Part shown: in pieces, positions 1-12,736 of the stretch | Position numbering within the stretch: the first letter of the stretch is position 1 | Layout: each line of letters starts with the position of its first letter | NCBI GenBank assembly: GCA_964016885.1 | Contig: OZ024752.1 | Location: forward strand, 45,322,001-45,386,000 | Reading direction: 5' to 3' | Length of the DNA stretch: 64,000 nt | Source: Eledone cirrhosa | Taxonomy: Eukaryota | The notes under the pieces: generated by a model | Database searches by the model: none | What the model was told of the DNA's origin: nothing | Seen by the model: the letters and a program-made list of their open reading frames with translations, nothing else | Position numbers and translations under genes: made by a program

Positions 1-394
1 AGATTAAATATACATACCAACACATATATACGCCGTCTTCAGAAATAAATTTATTTCTGAAGACGGCGTATATATGTGTTGGTATGTATATTTAATCTTG
101 ATAGTTTGTATAATTTTGTATAATTTTGTACATAGATCTGTTGAATATGCATGCCAATTCTAACACATATATATCCTAGAAACGATCGTTAAATAATGAA
201 CTTTTTTTGTTTAATATAAGGAACTGTTTTCATTGTTTATTCATTATTTGTTTAATATTTTATCTTGACTCTGTATACCGTTTATCTTTCACCGAAAGTG
301 ATTTTTCATTACATCTCTTCTTTCCATGATATCCGGAATACATTGAGTTCTTCATACGGATTGGATACTACCGTAAACTCTTGGTAGATTTATC

Positions 395-398
<4 letters not shown>
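1..398 (+). mobile_element. Penelope-like element terminal fragment with 5' inversion (perfect palindrome 1-98), ending in (TA)n
   Basis: Bases 1-49 are the exact reverse complement of 50-98. Contains the hammerhead; the 3' part shares cattgagttcttcat...taccgt with 20134-20173. Confidence 0.55.
51..196 (+). ncRNA. Type I hammerhead ribozyme motif with long stem II (PLE-associated type)
   Basis: ttattt(51-56)-CTGAAGA(57-63)-long stem II-GAAAC(179-183)-GATC-GTT(188-190)-aaataa(191-196). Stem II: tatatatgtgtt/aacacatatata and ggtatgtatatttaa/ttgaatatgcatgcc, which pairs only with G.U on the + strand. The base of stem II is imperfect. Confidence 0.75.
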
Positions 399-486
<88 letters not shown>

Positions 487-527
487 TATATATATATATA
501 TACATATATATACACATACATATATAT

Positions 528-568
<41 letters not shown>

Positions 569-769
569 CAAGGTCCCGATGGCTGAGCTCCAGCCATTTC
601 GACAGCTATATATACTAATATATATATACATTAGTATATAGCCTATTGTTTTCATTATTTTATTTATATATACAATTACATAACAGTGTACTAATTACAT
701 TAGTGTAGCAATGGCTCATCGTTCTTCATCAAACTTTAACAAAGATATTTTTACATAGGTTCTTTAGCC

Positions 770-1465
770 ATTGTGAAGGGAACCTATCTAGGAAGGCAGT
801 TACACCAAATAAATATAATTGTATAGAGGTGACCTGGGCTCTGTAGGTCGTGTTGAAGGCAACCCATCTAGATAAGCAGTATCTCTGAATATATAAGACT
901 GTATAGCGGTGACCTGAACTCTGTAGGCCGTGTTGAAGGCAACCCATCTAGGTGAGCAGTATCTCTGAATATATAAGACTGTATAGCGGTGACCTGAACT
1001 CTGTAGGTCGTGTTGAAGGCAACCCATCTAGGTGAGCAGTAACTCTAAATATATATGGCTGTATAGAAGTGACCTGGCCTCTGTAGCCCATGTTGAAGGC
1101 AACCCATCTAGGTGAGCAGTAACTCTAAATATATATGGCTGTATAGAAGTGACCTGGTCTCTGTAGCCCATGTTGAAGGCAACCCATCTAGGTGAGCAGT
1201 AACTCTAAATATATATGGCTGTATAGAAGTGACCTGGTCTCTGTAGCCCATGTTGAAGGCAACCCATCTAGGTGAGCAGTAACTCTAAATATATATGGCT
1301 GTATAGAAGTGACCTGGTCTCTGTAGCCCATGTTGAAGGCAACCCATCTAGGTGAGCAGTAACTCTAAATATATATGGCTGTATAGAAGTGACCTGGTCT
1401 CTGTAGCCCATGTTGAAGGCAACCCATCTAGGTGAGCAGTAACTCTAAATATATATGGCTGTATA
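770..1465. repeat. 80-bp minisatellite, about 8 copies
   Basis: aacccatcta recurs at 861, 941, 1021, 1101, 1181, 1261, 1341 and 1421. Confidence 0.95.
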
Positions 1466-1924
1466 TGGTGTCCATATGTTGAGAAGAAGCCACAGTCACT
1501 TTCACTAAATAAGGCAATAAAGAGCGCACACGTACTCCATAAGATATATATAATAAAAATTGATATATTGTTTTAATCTTCTTCATCAACAGACATGTGA
1601 CAGATGAACTAAGTAAAAACTGAACTGACAGACAGCCAGACAAGCTAGGAAGGAAGGGAGGGAGGACAGAAGCAACTTAGCAACATAACAACATATATTT
1701 CACTGTTCTGTGTCAGTGGAGCTGTTGGGTAATTGAGGACATTTAGATAGATGGATAGATAGATAGATAGATAAATGATGAACATTAAACAGCTACCTAA
1801 TATATAGACATCTACTATATATGTGTATTTATTTATATATATATATATTTCTATATACTCTTTTACCTGTTTCAGCCATCCGGCTGAGGCCATATATATT
1901 TATATATTTATATTTATATATATT

Positions 1925-2004
<80 letters not shown>

Positions 2005-2302
2005 TTATATATATATATTTATATATATATATTTATATATATATATAATTTCATTTTACGTCCGCTTTTTCCCTGCTTGCAAGGGTGGGATGGGAACTGA
2101 TTCTGGCTTGATTTCTACAGCTGGATGCCCTTCCTAACACCAACCTCATTTACAGTGAGTGCTGGGTGCCTTTTTGCCGTGGCACCTCCACGGCCACTTT
2201 GCAGTGGAATGATAGGGACCCCAGTCCCTATCATCTCATTTCTACAGCTGCGTAAACTGGAGCAATGTGAAATAAAGTGTCTTGCTCAAGGAAACAACAC
2301 AT

Positions 2303-2340
<38 letters not shown>

Positions 2341-2537
2341 CCAACCCTTCTGACCCATGCTGGCATGAAAAGGGGTCGTTAAATGATGATGATCATGATA
2401 AACACGTGTGTGTGTGTGTGTGTGTGTGTATAGGAAAAGAGTCAGGACCCCGGCGGCTGAGCTCCGGCTGTTTCGACAGTTAAGTCTGAACTTTGGTGCA
2501 TTATGGTCCACCTGTTTCCTTACCACACTTTCTTTGT

Positions 2538-2609
<72 letters not shown>

Positions 2610-2619
2610 AATATATATA

Positions 2620-2788
2620 AGTTATTCCGGGTTGAATCGGAGGTAACCACAGTAAGTAAGGTACTCAATACATAGAAGAGCTTCTACAGGACTAGAACTG
2701 TTTCATTCATGAGAAATCATCAGGGATCTCCTTGATGATTTCTCACGAATGAAACAGTTCTAGTCCTGTAGAAGTTCTTCTATATTAA
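2620..2788. mobile_element. Hammerhead family A element; two head-to-head hammerhead-like copies forming an inverted repeat (2672-2783)
   Basis: atagaagagcttctacaggactagaactgtttcattcatgagaaatcatca / tgatgatttctcacgaatgaaacagttctagtcctgtagaagttcttctat. Homologous to 23580-23675, 33455-33628 and 54494-54650. Confidence 0.7.
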
Positions 2789-3219
2789 AACATATATATA
2801 TATTGTTAGGTGTATATGATGACTGAAAACACATCCCTAGATGATAATTCATGTCTTGCTGGATCTCCCTGAGAATTACATTAAAGATACACGTGCCTTT
2901 GGAATGCTCAGTCACTTGCACGTTAATTTAATGAGCAAGCTATTCTATTAATCTAATAACTGGAAACCCCATCGTCAAATCTGACAAAGGTCCTTTCTAT
3001 GTTGTGATTATGTGGAGAATGGGAGATGTGGATATGATATAATATTGACTTATATATTGTATAGTTTACTTATTTTGAAGAACAATAGGCTGAGGATTTA
3101 TTAATTAATTCACTAATTAGTCAGTTAAGTGATTATCACTGATTTAAACTTACTTGCTTGCTTGCCAACTGGATATATATATATATATATATACACACAT
3201 GTGTGTATCATGACTCGTG

Positions 3220-3439
3220 CACTGTTCATTTTACTGATGTTTGTGCATTGCCCTATGTACTGTACATGCACTTTTTTGATGAGTTGTGGTGCACCTGGGC
3301 ACTGTGCACAATATTTCGTTATTGTTATTATATCATGACTCGTACACTGTTTATTTTCCTGACATTTGTACATTATTCTATGTACTATACATGCACCTTT
3401 GATGAGTTGTAGTGCACCTGAGCACTACACAATAATTTC

Positions 3440-3452
<13 letters not shown>
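3220..3452 (+). mobile_element. Tandem pair of a short dispersed repeat with a (TTA)n tail (unclassified retroelement 3' end)
   Basis: tgtactatacatgcacctttgatgagttgtagtgcacctgagcactacacaataatttcattattatt. Also at about 10970-11045 (-), 24578-24660 (-) and 55335-55416 (+). Confidence 0.7.
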
Positions 3453-3508
<56 letters not shown>

Positions 3509-3616
3509 CATCATCATTTTACGTCCACTTTTCCCTGCTTACATTGTATTTAACATTGGTGAGACTACAGTTCAAGTGTTTATGTGTTGTGTTTAGCACC
3601 AGTAAACAACAGCTAA

Positions 3617-3835
3617 ATGTGTTTAACACCAGTGGAACCACAGCTTAATTTTGTGTTTAACACCAGTGGAACCACAGCTTAATTTTGTGTTTAACACCAG
3701 TGGAACCACAGCTTAATTTTGTGTTTAACACCAGTGGAACCACAGCCTAATTTTGTGTTTAACACCAGTGGAACCACAGCTTAATTTTGTGTTTAACACC
3801 AGTGGAACCACAGCTTAATTTTGTGTTTAATGCCA
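3617..3835. repeat. 34-bp minisatellite, about 6 copies
   Basis: Unit tgtgtttaacaccagtggaaccacagcttaattt. Confidence 0.95.
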
Positions 3836-5085
3836 GTAGAATTACGGCCCTGAAACTGGAGACATTGTCCAAACTTTGGAACACAGGTGACTCCTCTACA
3901 GACAACCATGGTTTAGGTGGTGGATTAAATGTTTTTCTGGTTTTTATAATAGATACACCATACTGTTACATGTTGTAAGAGGTGACTAAAAGGGTTGGCA
4001 TTAAGAAGGGCATCTGGCTGTAAAACATTGCCTCAAAAAGTTTCTTTCCCAGCCTGTACCAGCATAGAAATGTGGAAGATGGTGATGATAATGTGGTTGT
4101 TATTTCCATGCCAAAATCAATCTCATCAACCATCTATGGATACATAAAGCTCTCTTTATCATATAACACATGACAGAATTTTCATTGATCATTGATGAAC
4201 AAACGCACAAAAATCTGACCATAGCACTTCTATTGCTCAGTAGATCAGTACATTAAAACAAAAAAAATTAAATTTACAACTCGCACGTATATAGGTTTAG
4301 CCGGCCTCCTACCAGGTTTATAGGTTTCTCAAGTGTTTTAATGATAGGGGTCCCAGTCTTATTGTCTTATTCTTCACCTACATATTCCTGAGAGGGTCTT
4401 GGGGGTAAAGTCCTCAAACACTCCTTCCAGCGGGTCATATCAGAAACAATTGTCTCCCACTGACCCTGCTGGATCCCCAAGTGTGACCAACCAAGCCCGT
4501 GGTCCTATCATGAAAAGCAATATGAAATGAAGCATCTTACTCAAGAATATAACACCTGGTGCAGGTATCAAACCCACAAACTAATGATCGTAATTTCAAC
4601 AACCATAATTTTATGACCCCCTGAGAAACTGCCAAAATGTATTAAATTCGTTAGATCTGTTTTAATGAGAATTGCTATTGATTAATGTCATAAGTCAATA
4701 TTAGTTTAATGTTTGTTAGAGTAATACCTTGATTGGTGTCAACGGGTGTAATTAATTATAGCAGGTGCTTTATCATATGACTAGCTGCAGGTGAGTTGAA
4801 AATTGAGATATGATTTGTGTAGGGAGAAAGAGAGAAGTGAGAGGTTTGAAAAAGAGAGGTATATAGATAGAGGGAAAGAGGTGCCTGGCAGAAAGAGAGA
4901 GGTGAGACATTTGAGAGAGGTGGAAAGAAAATGAGGGTTCTGTGTGTGTGTGTGTGATATATCAGTTTATGTATGTGTGTGTGTGTGTGTGTGAAATGAA
5001 ACCTACAGCTCTCACGTGCTCGTTTAGGTGACTCTGATGAGGTTACACCGTGTAGGTTTTTGGGTTTTTTTTTAATGATAGTGAA

Positions 5086-5272
5086 GGCACATGGCTTAGT
5101 GGTTACATCATTGGGCTTGCAAACGGAAGGTTGTCAGTTCGACTCTCAGATCGGGTGATGCGTTGTGTCCTTGAGCAATTATTTCACATTGCTTCAGTTT
5201 ACTCAGCTGTAGAAATGAATTGCGACGTCACTTGTGCCAAGCTGTATCAGTCATAGCCTTTCCCTTGGACAT
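5086..5272 (+). mobile_element. tRNA-derived CORE-type SINE
   Basis: A box tggcttagtggtt and B-box-like agttcgactc, followed by the CORE-like tgtgtccttgagcaa. Homologous to the copy at 20943. Confidence 0.75.
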
Positions 5273-5422
5273 CATTATATATAGTGTATTATATATACTG
5301 TACATAGAGTATATATAATAGTGTATATATATATATATATAGTATATAGTATTTGAACCAAAGTATCGTCTTCCTGTCTTCCTCCGGTTGCAACGTTTTT
5401 TGAAATATCCAGTTCTGCGTTT

Positions 5423-5498
5423 ACAGATTGACTTTGTTAGTTTCAGAAGATCCCGTTAAGGGTGAAAGCAGCGATTCTTTGCTTAAACTTTAATCTGT
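5423..5498 (+). ncRNA. Type I hammerhead-like motif with bulged extended stem I and variant core (family D)
   Basis: acagattga-[ctttgtt bulge]-agttt-CAGAAGA-t-ccc-gttaa-ggg-t-GAA-agca-gcgattctt-tgct-T-aaact-ttaatctgt. All three stems pair; the core is CAGAAGA instead of CUGANGA. Confidence 0.6.
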
Positions 5499-5687
5499 TA
5501 TTTAATAAATATTTGCTCTACGGTTCTTATATATTTCATATATATTTATCCTTATCGAGCCCTCTTTGGATTTTAGTCTTCAATTTTATTATTATTACTA
5601 TAGTATATAGTATATATATATATATATATATATATAGTATATATATATATATATTTAAAAAAATAGAGGTGTAACACACGAGTTGTG

Positions 5688-6070
5688 ATATATTAGTAAA
5701 AGGAAAAGAAAATGCTGACAAATCTTTCCCAGTGAAAAATAGTCTAATTAGGAATAAGTATAAATTAGTAATAAGTATTGGTTAGTATTCAGTTTTAGTT
5801 TTAAGTTTTTACTGGTTGTGCATTTCTAATGCTTTTCAAAAATAATTTTGAGATAGAGCGCTCGTGATGTTTGCACTAATCTGATTAGTGCAAACATCAC
5901 GAGCGCTCTATCTCAAAATTATTTTTGAAAAGCATTAGAAATGCACAACCAGTAAAAACTTAAAACTAAAACTGAATACTAACCAATACTTATTACTAAT
6001 TTATACTTATTCCTAATTAAACTATTTTTCACTGGGAAAAATTTGTCAGCATTTTCTTTTCCTTTTACTA

Positions 6071-6076
<6 letters not shown>
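5688..6076. repeat. Near-perfect long palindrome (arms about 194 bp, 1-nt centre at 5882)
   Basis: Centre ...gcactaatc-t-gattagtgc...; only two arm mismatches seen. Both flanks run into (TA)n. Confidence 0.95.
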
Positions 6077-6101
<25 letters not shown>

Positions 6102-6459
6102 GATGTTACTGGTGCCAAGCTATGTCGGCCATTGCCTTTTTCTTGGACATCATCGGTGTTGTGGAGAGGGGAGACTTGTATGTATGGGGGACTGCTGGTC
6201 TTCCACAAACAACCTTGACCTGTGCCACAGTAACTTTATATTGGTGACATTGTTGTGTCCCCTGATACTCAGCATGCATCCGTATCAGGGGATCTTGAAT
6301 GCTTCCAGCTTACTCCAGTCTTCTTTCAGAAGTGTCTTGTCTCTGTAGTGTCCATGTTTCATCCCTATATAGCAGAAATATTCTTCTTTGCCCACTTGTT
6401 CCTGAGAGAGTTATGAGGAGGCAGTCCTCAAAAACTCCTTCCAGTGAGTCCTGTCAGAA

Positions 6460-7015
6460 GGGTTTGGGATTGAGTTTAAGGTTAGGGTTAAGTTTGGGAT
6501 TGAGTTTAGGTTTTGTGTTGAGGTTAGGGTTAGTGTTGAGTTTGGGATTGAGTTTAGGTTTTGTGTTGAGGTTAGGGTTAAGTTTAGGGTTAGTGTTGAG
6601 TTTGGGATTGAGTTTAGGTTTTGTGTTGAGGTTAGGATTAAGTTTAGGGTTAGTGTTGAGGTTGAGGCTAGTGTTGGTTTAAGTTTAGGGTTAGTGTTGA
6701 GTTAGGGTTAAGTTTAGGGTTAGTGTTGAGGTTAGGGTTAAGTTTAGGGTTAGTGTTGAGTTTGGGATTGAGTTTAGGTTTTGTGTTGAGGTTAGGGTTA
6801 AGTTTAGGGTTAGTGTTGAGTTTGGGATTGAGTTTAGGTTTTGTGTTGAGGTTGAGGCTAGTGTTGGTTTAAGTTTAGGGTTAGTGTTGAGTTAGGGTTA
6901 AGTTTAGGGTTAGTGTTGAGGTTAGGGTTAAGTTTAGGGTTAGTGTTGAGTTTGGGATTGAGTTTGAGGCTAGTGTTGAGTTTGAGTTAGGGTTAAGTTT
7001 AGAGTTAAGGTTAGC
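6460..7015 (+). repeat. Degenerate TTAGGG-like hexamer array with higher-order units
   Basis: gttagggttaagtttagggttagtgttgag repeated with variants. Confidence 0.85.
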
Positions 7016-8521
7016 TTTTTTTATTAGGGTTATGTTTTAGAATTCAGATTAAGGTTAGATATTGTATATTCACTGTCTCCCAGACATTTTACCAAAATAA
7101 CTACTAAATATATTTCACTGGTGAACAGTATTTATAACCCAAATTCTCTAATATGTATCATTTATGAAAAAAATGCGAAAATGCATTCATATTGATTATT
7201 TTGACATTTTTCCGAGTCTTTCCGAGTTCCACGAATTTATTATTTTTATTTTTTAACTATATATAATTTTTTCCTTTCTAATTTTGCTTCCATTTCCCTT
7301 TAATTCTTTCTTTCTTTCTTTTATATATTTTTTTTTTAAATTTCTCTCTCTCTTTGCTTTTTTCTAATCAAGAATCAAATAGCGAAAGCAATATTCAATA
7401 ACTGAGAAAGAACTAAAAATAAAGCACAACCACAACAACCACCACCACAACAACAACCACCACCACAACAACAACAACCACCACAACAACAACCACAACA
7501 ACCACAACCACCACAACCACCACAACAACAATGACAACCACAACTAGCAGCACTATGGGTGATGGTGGAGGAGGGGTGGGGTGAGATATAGACAAAGAAC
7601 TGGTGTGATGGTAAAGGGGAGGAGGGGTGGGGGGTAAAGTCAGAGATGGAGAGAGAAAGAAAGAGAGAAGCTAAACTAAGACATTTCTTTACAAGAGTTG
7701 TTCTATTTATAGCTTATTGAATTAGTTTCATACCATAGTTGATAAGAAATCAACATCAATGGTTGATGGTGGTGGTGGTGGTGTGTGGGGGGTGTATTGG
7801 TGGGGTTGTGGTGGTAGTGGTTGTGGTAGTGGTGGTGGTGATTATGGTGGGGGGGGGGTATTGGTGGTGGTGGTGGTAGTGGTTGTGGTGGTGTTGGTAA
7901 TGATTGTGGTGGTAATGATGGTTGAGGTGGTGGTGGTGATGATGATGATGGAGGTTGTGGTGGTGATGGTGGCAGCAGCAACAGCAGCAGTGGTGGTTGT
8001 TGTGATGATGGTAGTGATGATGATGATGGTGGTGATGGTGGTGGTGATGATGGTCGCGGTAATAATTACAATGAGTAATAATAATAATAATAATAATCTA
8101 TTGGAAAGATTTGATTTCATTTGAAACTGCTCTCAGATTTGTTCTTTCCTGTTATTTTCTACTAGCCTGCTGTTGGAACTACTGCTCCAACCATGCCACA
8201 CACCCCTGATAGACAATCCTTATAACATTTATATCTAATTAAAATAATTAATATCCATTATTTAAGACAGAGAAAGATCTAGAAAGATGAAGCTTGTGTA
8301 AGTATTGTGGTGGGGGTGAGGTGGGGGTGTAACGTAGTGTGGTGAGGGTGTGGGGTGGGAGTGTAGTGTGGTGGTGTGGTGTGGGGGTGTAGTGTAGTGT
8401 GGTGGGGGTGGTGTGTGGTGTTTTGTTGTGATGTGATGTTCTTGTGAGGTAATGTGTTGTGTATGGTGGGGTATGTTGCACATGTGCTTTGGTATGGTGT
8501 GTGTGTGTATGTATATATATA

Positions 8522-8957
8522 TCATCATCATCATCATCGTTTAACGTCCATCTTCCATGGGTTTGGACGGGAGTTTTCCCACTTGAGACAAGAGTGGTTG
8601 TCTTGCTCGTATAGGACTGTCTGGCAGTTTTCTACTGCTGGATGCCCTTCCTAACACCAACCACATTTACAGTGTGGACTGGGAGGTTTTTACCGTGTTA
8701 CCTACACGGCCACATTACAGCATGGACTGTGTGTTTTTTTGTCGTGACACCTACACGACCTCATTTGTTTCGGGCTGGATGTTGTGGTACCAACATAACT
8801 TTATATTGAAGGGTGTGGATGGGGTGGGGGTAGTGGGACGGGGGTGTATTTTTGTTAGAGGTGCCTACTGACTGTAGTAGGTTTTACTTTGTATTTAGGT
8901 AAGGCGGGTCTTCTGTATTACTGTGTAGCGCCAAAGATCTCGGTCCAGTGACATTGT
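8522..8957 (-). mobile_element. SINE-like retroposon with RTE-type 3' tail ((GAT)n) and GGAAGGGCATCCAGC core
   Basis: Near-identical long copy at 33782-34210. Partial copies at about 2055-2205, 10790-10950, 19215-19380, 40240-40490, 47230-47552 (+), 49156-49375 and 49520-49810 (+). The tail resembles the RTE 3' end at 16935-16990. Confidence 0.8.
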
Positions 8958-9150
8958 CACATATATATATAGTAGTATATATATATATATAGTAGTATGT
9001 ATATATATATATATAGTAGTATATATATATATATATAGTAGTATATATATATATATAGTAGTATATATATATATATATAGTAGTATATATATATATATAT
9101 AGTAGTATATATATATATATAGTAGTATATATATATATATATATAGTAGT

Positions 9151-9181
<31 letters not shown>

Positions 9182-9184
9182 GTA

Positions 9185-9242
<58 letters not shown>

Positions 9243-9243
9243 G

Positions 9244-9296
<53 letters not shown>

Positions 9297-9451
9297 GTAT
9301 ATATATATATATATAGTAGTATATATATATATATATAGTAGTATATATATATATATATAGAAGTATATATATATATATATAGTAGTATATATATATATAT
9401 ATAGTAGTGTATATATATATATATATATATATAGTAATATATATATAGTAG

Positions 9452-9482
<31 letters not shown>

Positions 9483-10254
9483 GTATATATATATATATAT
9501 ATATATATAGTAATATATATATATAGTAGTATATATATATATATAGTAGTATATATATATATATAGTAGTATATATATATATATAGTAGTATATATATAT
9601 ATATATATATATAGTAGTATATATATATATATATATAGTAGTATATATATATATATATATAGTAGTATATATATATATAGTATGTATATATATGTATGTA
9701 TGTGTGTATATATATATATAGTATGTATATATATGTATGTATGTGTGTATATATATATAGATATATATAGAGATATATATATACACACATACATACATAC
9801 ATACACACACTACTACTACTGCTACAGCTGTTACCTGTAATCAAGTAGGACTGGGTAGTATATACAATGCTTTTACTAAAGGTGCCCATGCCATGGTGAG
9901 CAGCCAGACAGCCTCACACCCCTCCCACCTTTCATAGTGGATCATCCACCAGGTGACAGCTGCTCTTTTACTTTCTTTATCAACTCTGAAAGGGAAAAAA
10001 AACAAAATGGAGCTTGGCTGGATTTGAACTCGGAATGCAGAGACGCAGACCAATTATCCAAGACATTAACAACTCTACCAAATCAAGCACTATATAAATA
10101 TGTAAATATATCAATCATCATCATCATTTGACACTCGTTTCCCTGCTAGTAAGGGTTGGCTAGGTTATTACTCAAGCAAGGCTACTGACCTCCTAGACAA
10201 GGTCCTGCATCTGATTTAGCTACTGTTCCATATCTACAAAGTGTGTGTTATCAT

Positions 10255-10697
10255 GACACTTGTCCTTCCTGTCACAACACTTGTCCTTCCTGTCACAACA
10301 CTTGTCCTTCCTGTCACAACACTTGTCCTTCCTGTCACAACACTTGTCCTTCCTGTCACAACACTTGTCCTTCCTGTCACAACACTTGTCCTTCCTGTCA
10401 CAACACTTGTCCTTCCTGTCACAACACTTGTCCTTCCTGTCACAACACTTGTCCTTCCTGTCACAACACTTGTCCTTCCTGTCACAACACTTGTCCTTCC
10501 TGTCACAACACTTGTCCTTCCTGTCACAACACTTGTCCTTCCTGTCACAACACTTGTCCTTCCTGTCACAACACTTGTCCTTCCTGTCACAACACTTGTC
10601 CTTCCTGTCACAACACTTGTCCTTCCTGTCACAACACTTGTCCTTCCTGTCACAACACTTGTCCTTCCTGTCACAACACTTGTCCTTCCTGTCACAA
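10255..10697. repeat. 21-bp homogeneous minisatellite, about 21 copies
   Basis: Unit acacttgtccttcctgtcaca. Confidence 0.97.
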
Positions 10698-11229
10698 ACC
10701 ACGTTACAGCATGTACTGGGTATATTTATCATGTAGACACCGATGCTAGGAAGGTTATCTTGTCTTTGACACAGATGAAGAGTTTATATCATCATCATCA
10801 TCATCATAATTTAACGTCCATGTTCCACGCTTGCATGGGTTTGGACAGGAGTTTTCCCACTTGAGGCAAGAGTGGTTGTCTTGCTCGCATAGGACTGTCT
10901 GGCGGGTTTTCTACGGTTGGATGCCCTTCCTAACACCAACCACATTTACATTTATATATATATAATAATAATATAATAATGAAAATGATTGTGTACAGTG
11001 CTCAGGTGCACTACAACTCATCAAAGGTGCATGTATATTACATAGAATATATATATATATATATATATATACCTATACCTATTCAAAAACAGACACATAC
11101 AGGGATATGGTTTATCTATTCTAAAACAAATAAACACCCACATTTTATGTACCTGTCCTAACCCAGAGACAAAAACAACGACAGAGATACTGACAGGGAT
11201 ATAATGTACCTACTCTAAACTAGATATGC

Positions 11230-11965
11230 AGAGGAATACAGTGTACCTATTCTAAACCAGATACACACAGGGATACAGTGTACCTATTGTAAACCAGATA
11301 CACACAGTGATACAGTGTACCTATTGTAAACCAGATACACACAGGGATACAGTGTACCTATTGTAAACCAGATACACACAGGGATACAGTGTACCTATTG
11401 TAAACCAGATACACACAGGGATGTGGAGTATTTGCTCTTGGCAGAACACACACAGGGATATGATGTCCCTATGGTAAACCAGGTACACACAGGCGTACTG
11501 TGTACCTATTCTAAACCAGATAGACCCAGAGATATGTTGTCCCTATGGTAAACCAGATAGACCGAGGCATATGTTGTCCCTATGGTAAACCAGATAGACC
11601 CAGGGATAAGTTGTCCCTATGGTAGACCAGATAGACCCAGGGATATGTTGTCCCTATGGTAGACCAGATAGACCCAGGGATAAGTTGTCCCTATGGTAGA
11701 GCAGATAGACCCAGGGATAAGTTGTCCCTATGGTAGACCAGATAGACCCAGGGATATGTTGTCCCTATGGTAGACCAGATAGACCCAGGGATAAGTTGTC
11801 CCTATGGTAGAGCAGATAGACCCAGGGATAAGTTGTCCCTATGGTAGACCAGATAGACCCAGGGATATGTTGTCCCTATGGTAGACCAGATAGACCCAGG
11901 GATAAGTTGTCCCTATGGTAGACCAGATAGACCCAGGGATATGTTGTCCCTATGGTAGACCAGAA
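11230..11965. repeat. 37-bp minisatellite with two variant blocks
   Basis: cagggatacagtgtacctattgtaaaccagatacaca grades into cagggataagttgtccctatggtagaccagatagacc. Confidence 0.9.
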
Positions 11966-12129
11966 TAGCCAAGCAGTGTATTACATAATTACTGTACAGC
12001 GTCTCTAATGGAATCTAGATGAAAATAATAGGAAAATCTGAAAAACTTTTTCAATGAGTTACATTAATGCTTTCAATAAGACTGGCTGGCCTTAAAGAAA
12101 AGATGCTACTTATACAAATAAATATACGT

Positions 12130-12703
12130 TTTTATATGTATGTATATGTTTGTGTATGTTGTGCTTGTGTGTATGTGTGTGTATATCTATTAATGTATGT
12201 ATGCATATATATGTGTTTATATATATATATATAATTTGTTGATGATGATGTACACCATATATATATATGTATGTATGTTTATATATATATATGTATGTAT
12301 GTATGTTTATATATATATATATGTATATGTTTGTGTATGTTTATATATATATATGTATGTGTTTATATATATGTATATGTTTGTATGTTTATATATATAT
12401 GTGTATGTTTATATATATATGTATATGTTTATATATATATATATATATGTATGCATGTAGGTATGTATATGTTTATATATATATATATATGTTTATATAC
12501 ATATATATATATATGTATATGTTTATATATATGTATATGTTTATATATATGTATGTATATGTTTATATATATATAGGTATGTATATATGTATATGTGTAT
12601 GTATGTATGTATATATATATATGTGTGTGTATGTATGTATGTATATATATATATGTGTGTGTGTATGTATGTATATATATATATGTGTGTGTATGTATAT
12701 ATT

Positions 12704-12736
<33 letters not shown>

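Noticed and set aside
4760-4796. CAG|GTGAGT as a recursive site or 26-29 nt microexon
   Set aside because: No polypyrimidine tract and several AGs just upstream; cannot be supported without RNA data.
4997-5062. CTGATGA with an upstream GAAAC (possible hammerhead)
   Set aside because: No GAAA follows the putative stem II; the type II reading gives G at the cleavage site and no stem I.
8885-8905. TAG|GTAAGG recursive-site-like motif
   Set aside because: Inside a SINE copy; the sister copy at about 34150 reads ggcaagg.
10255-10697. CRISPR-like regular arrays (also 24993, 35403, 62900)
   Set aside because: Head-to-tail units with no unique spacers, no cas genes and a eukaryotic context.
10220-10749. 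Cys-rich metallothionein- or CxxCH-like ORFs
   Set aside because: Perfect 21-bp DNA repeat with no synonymous variation.
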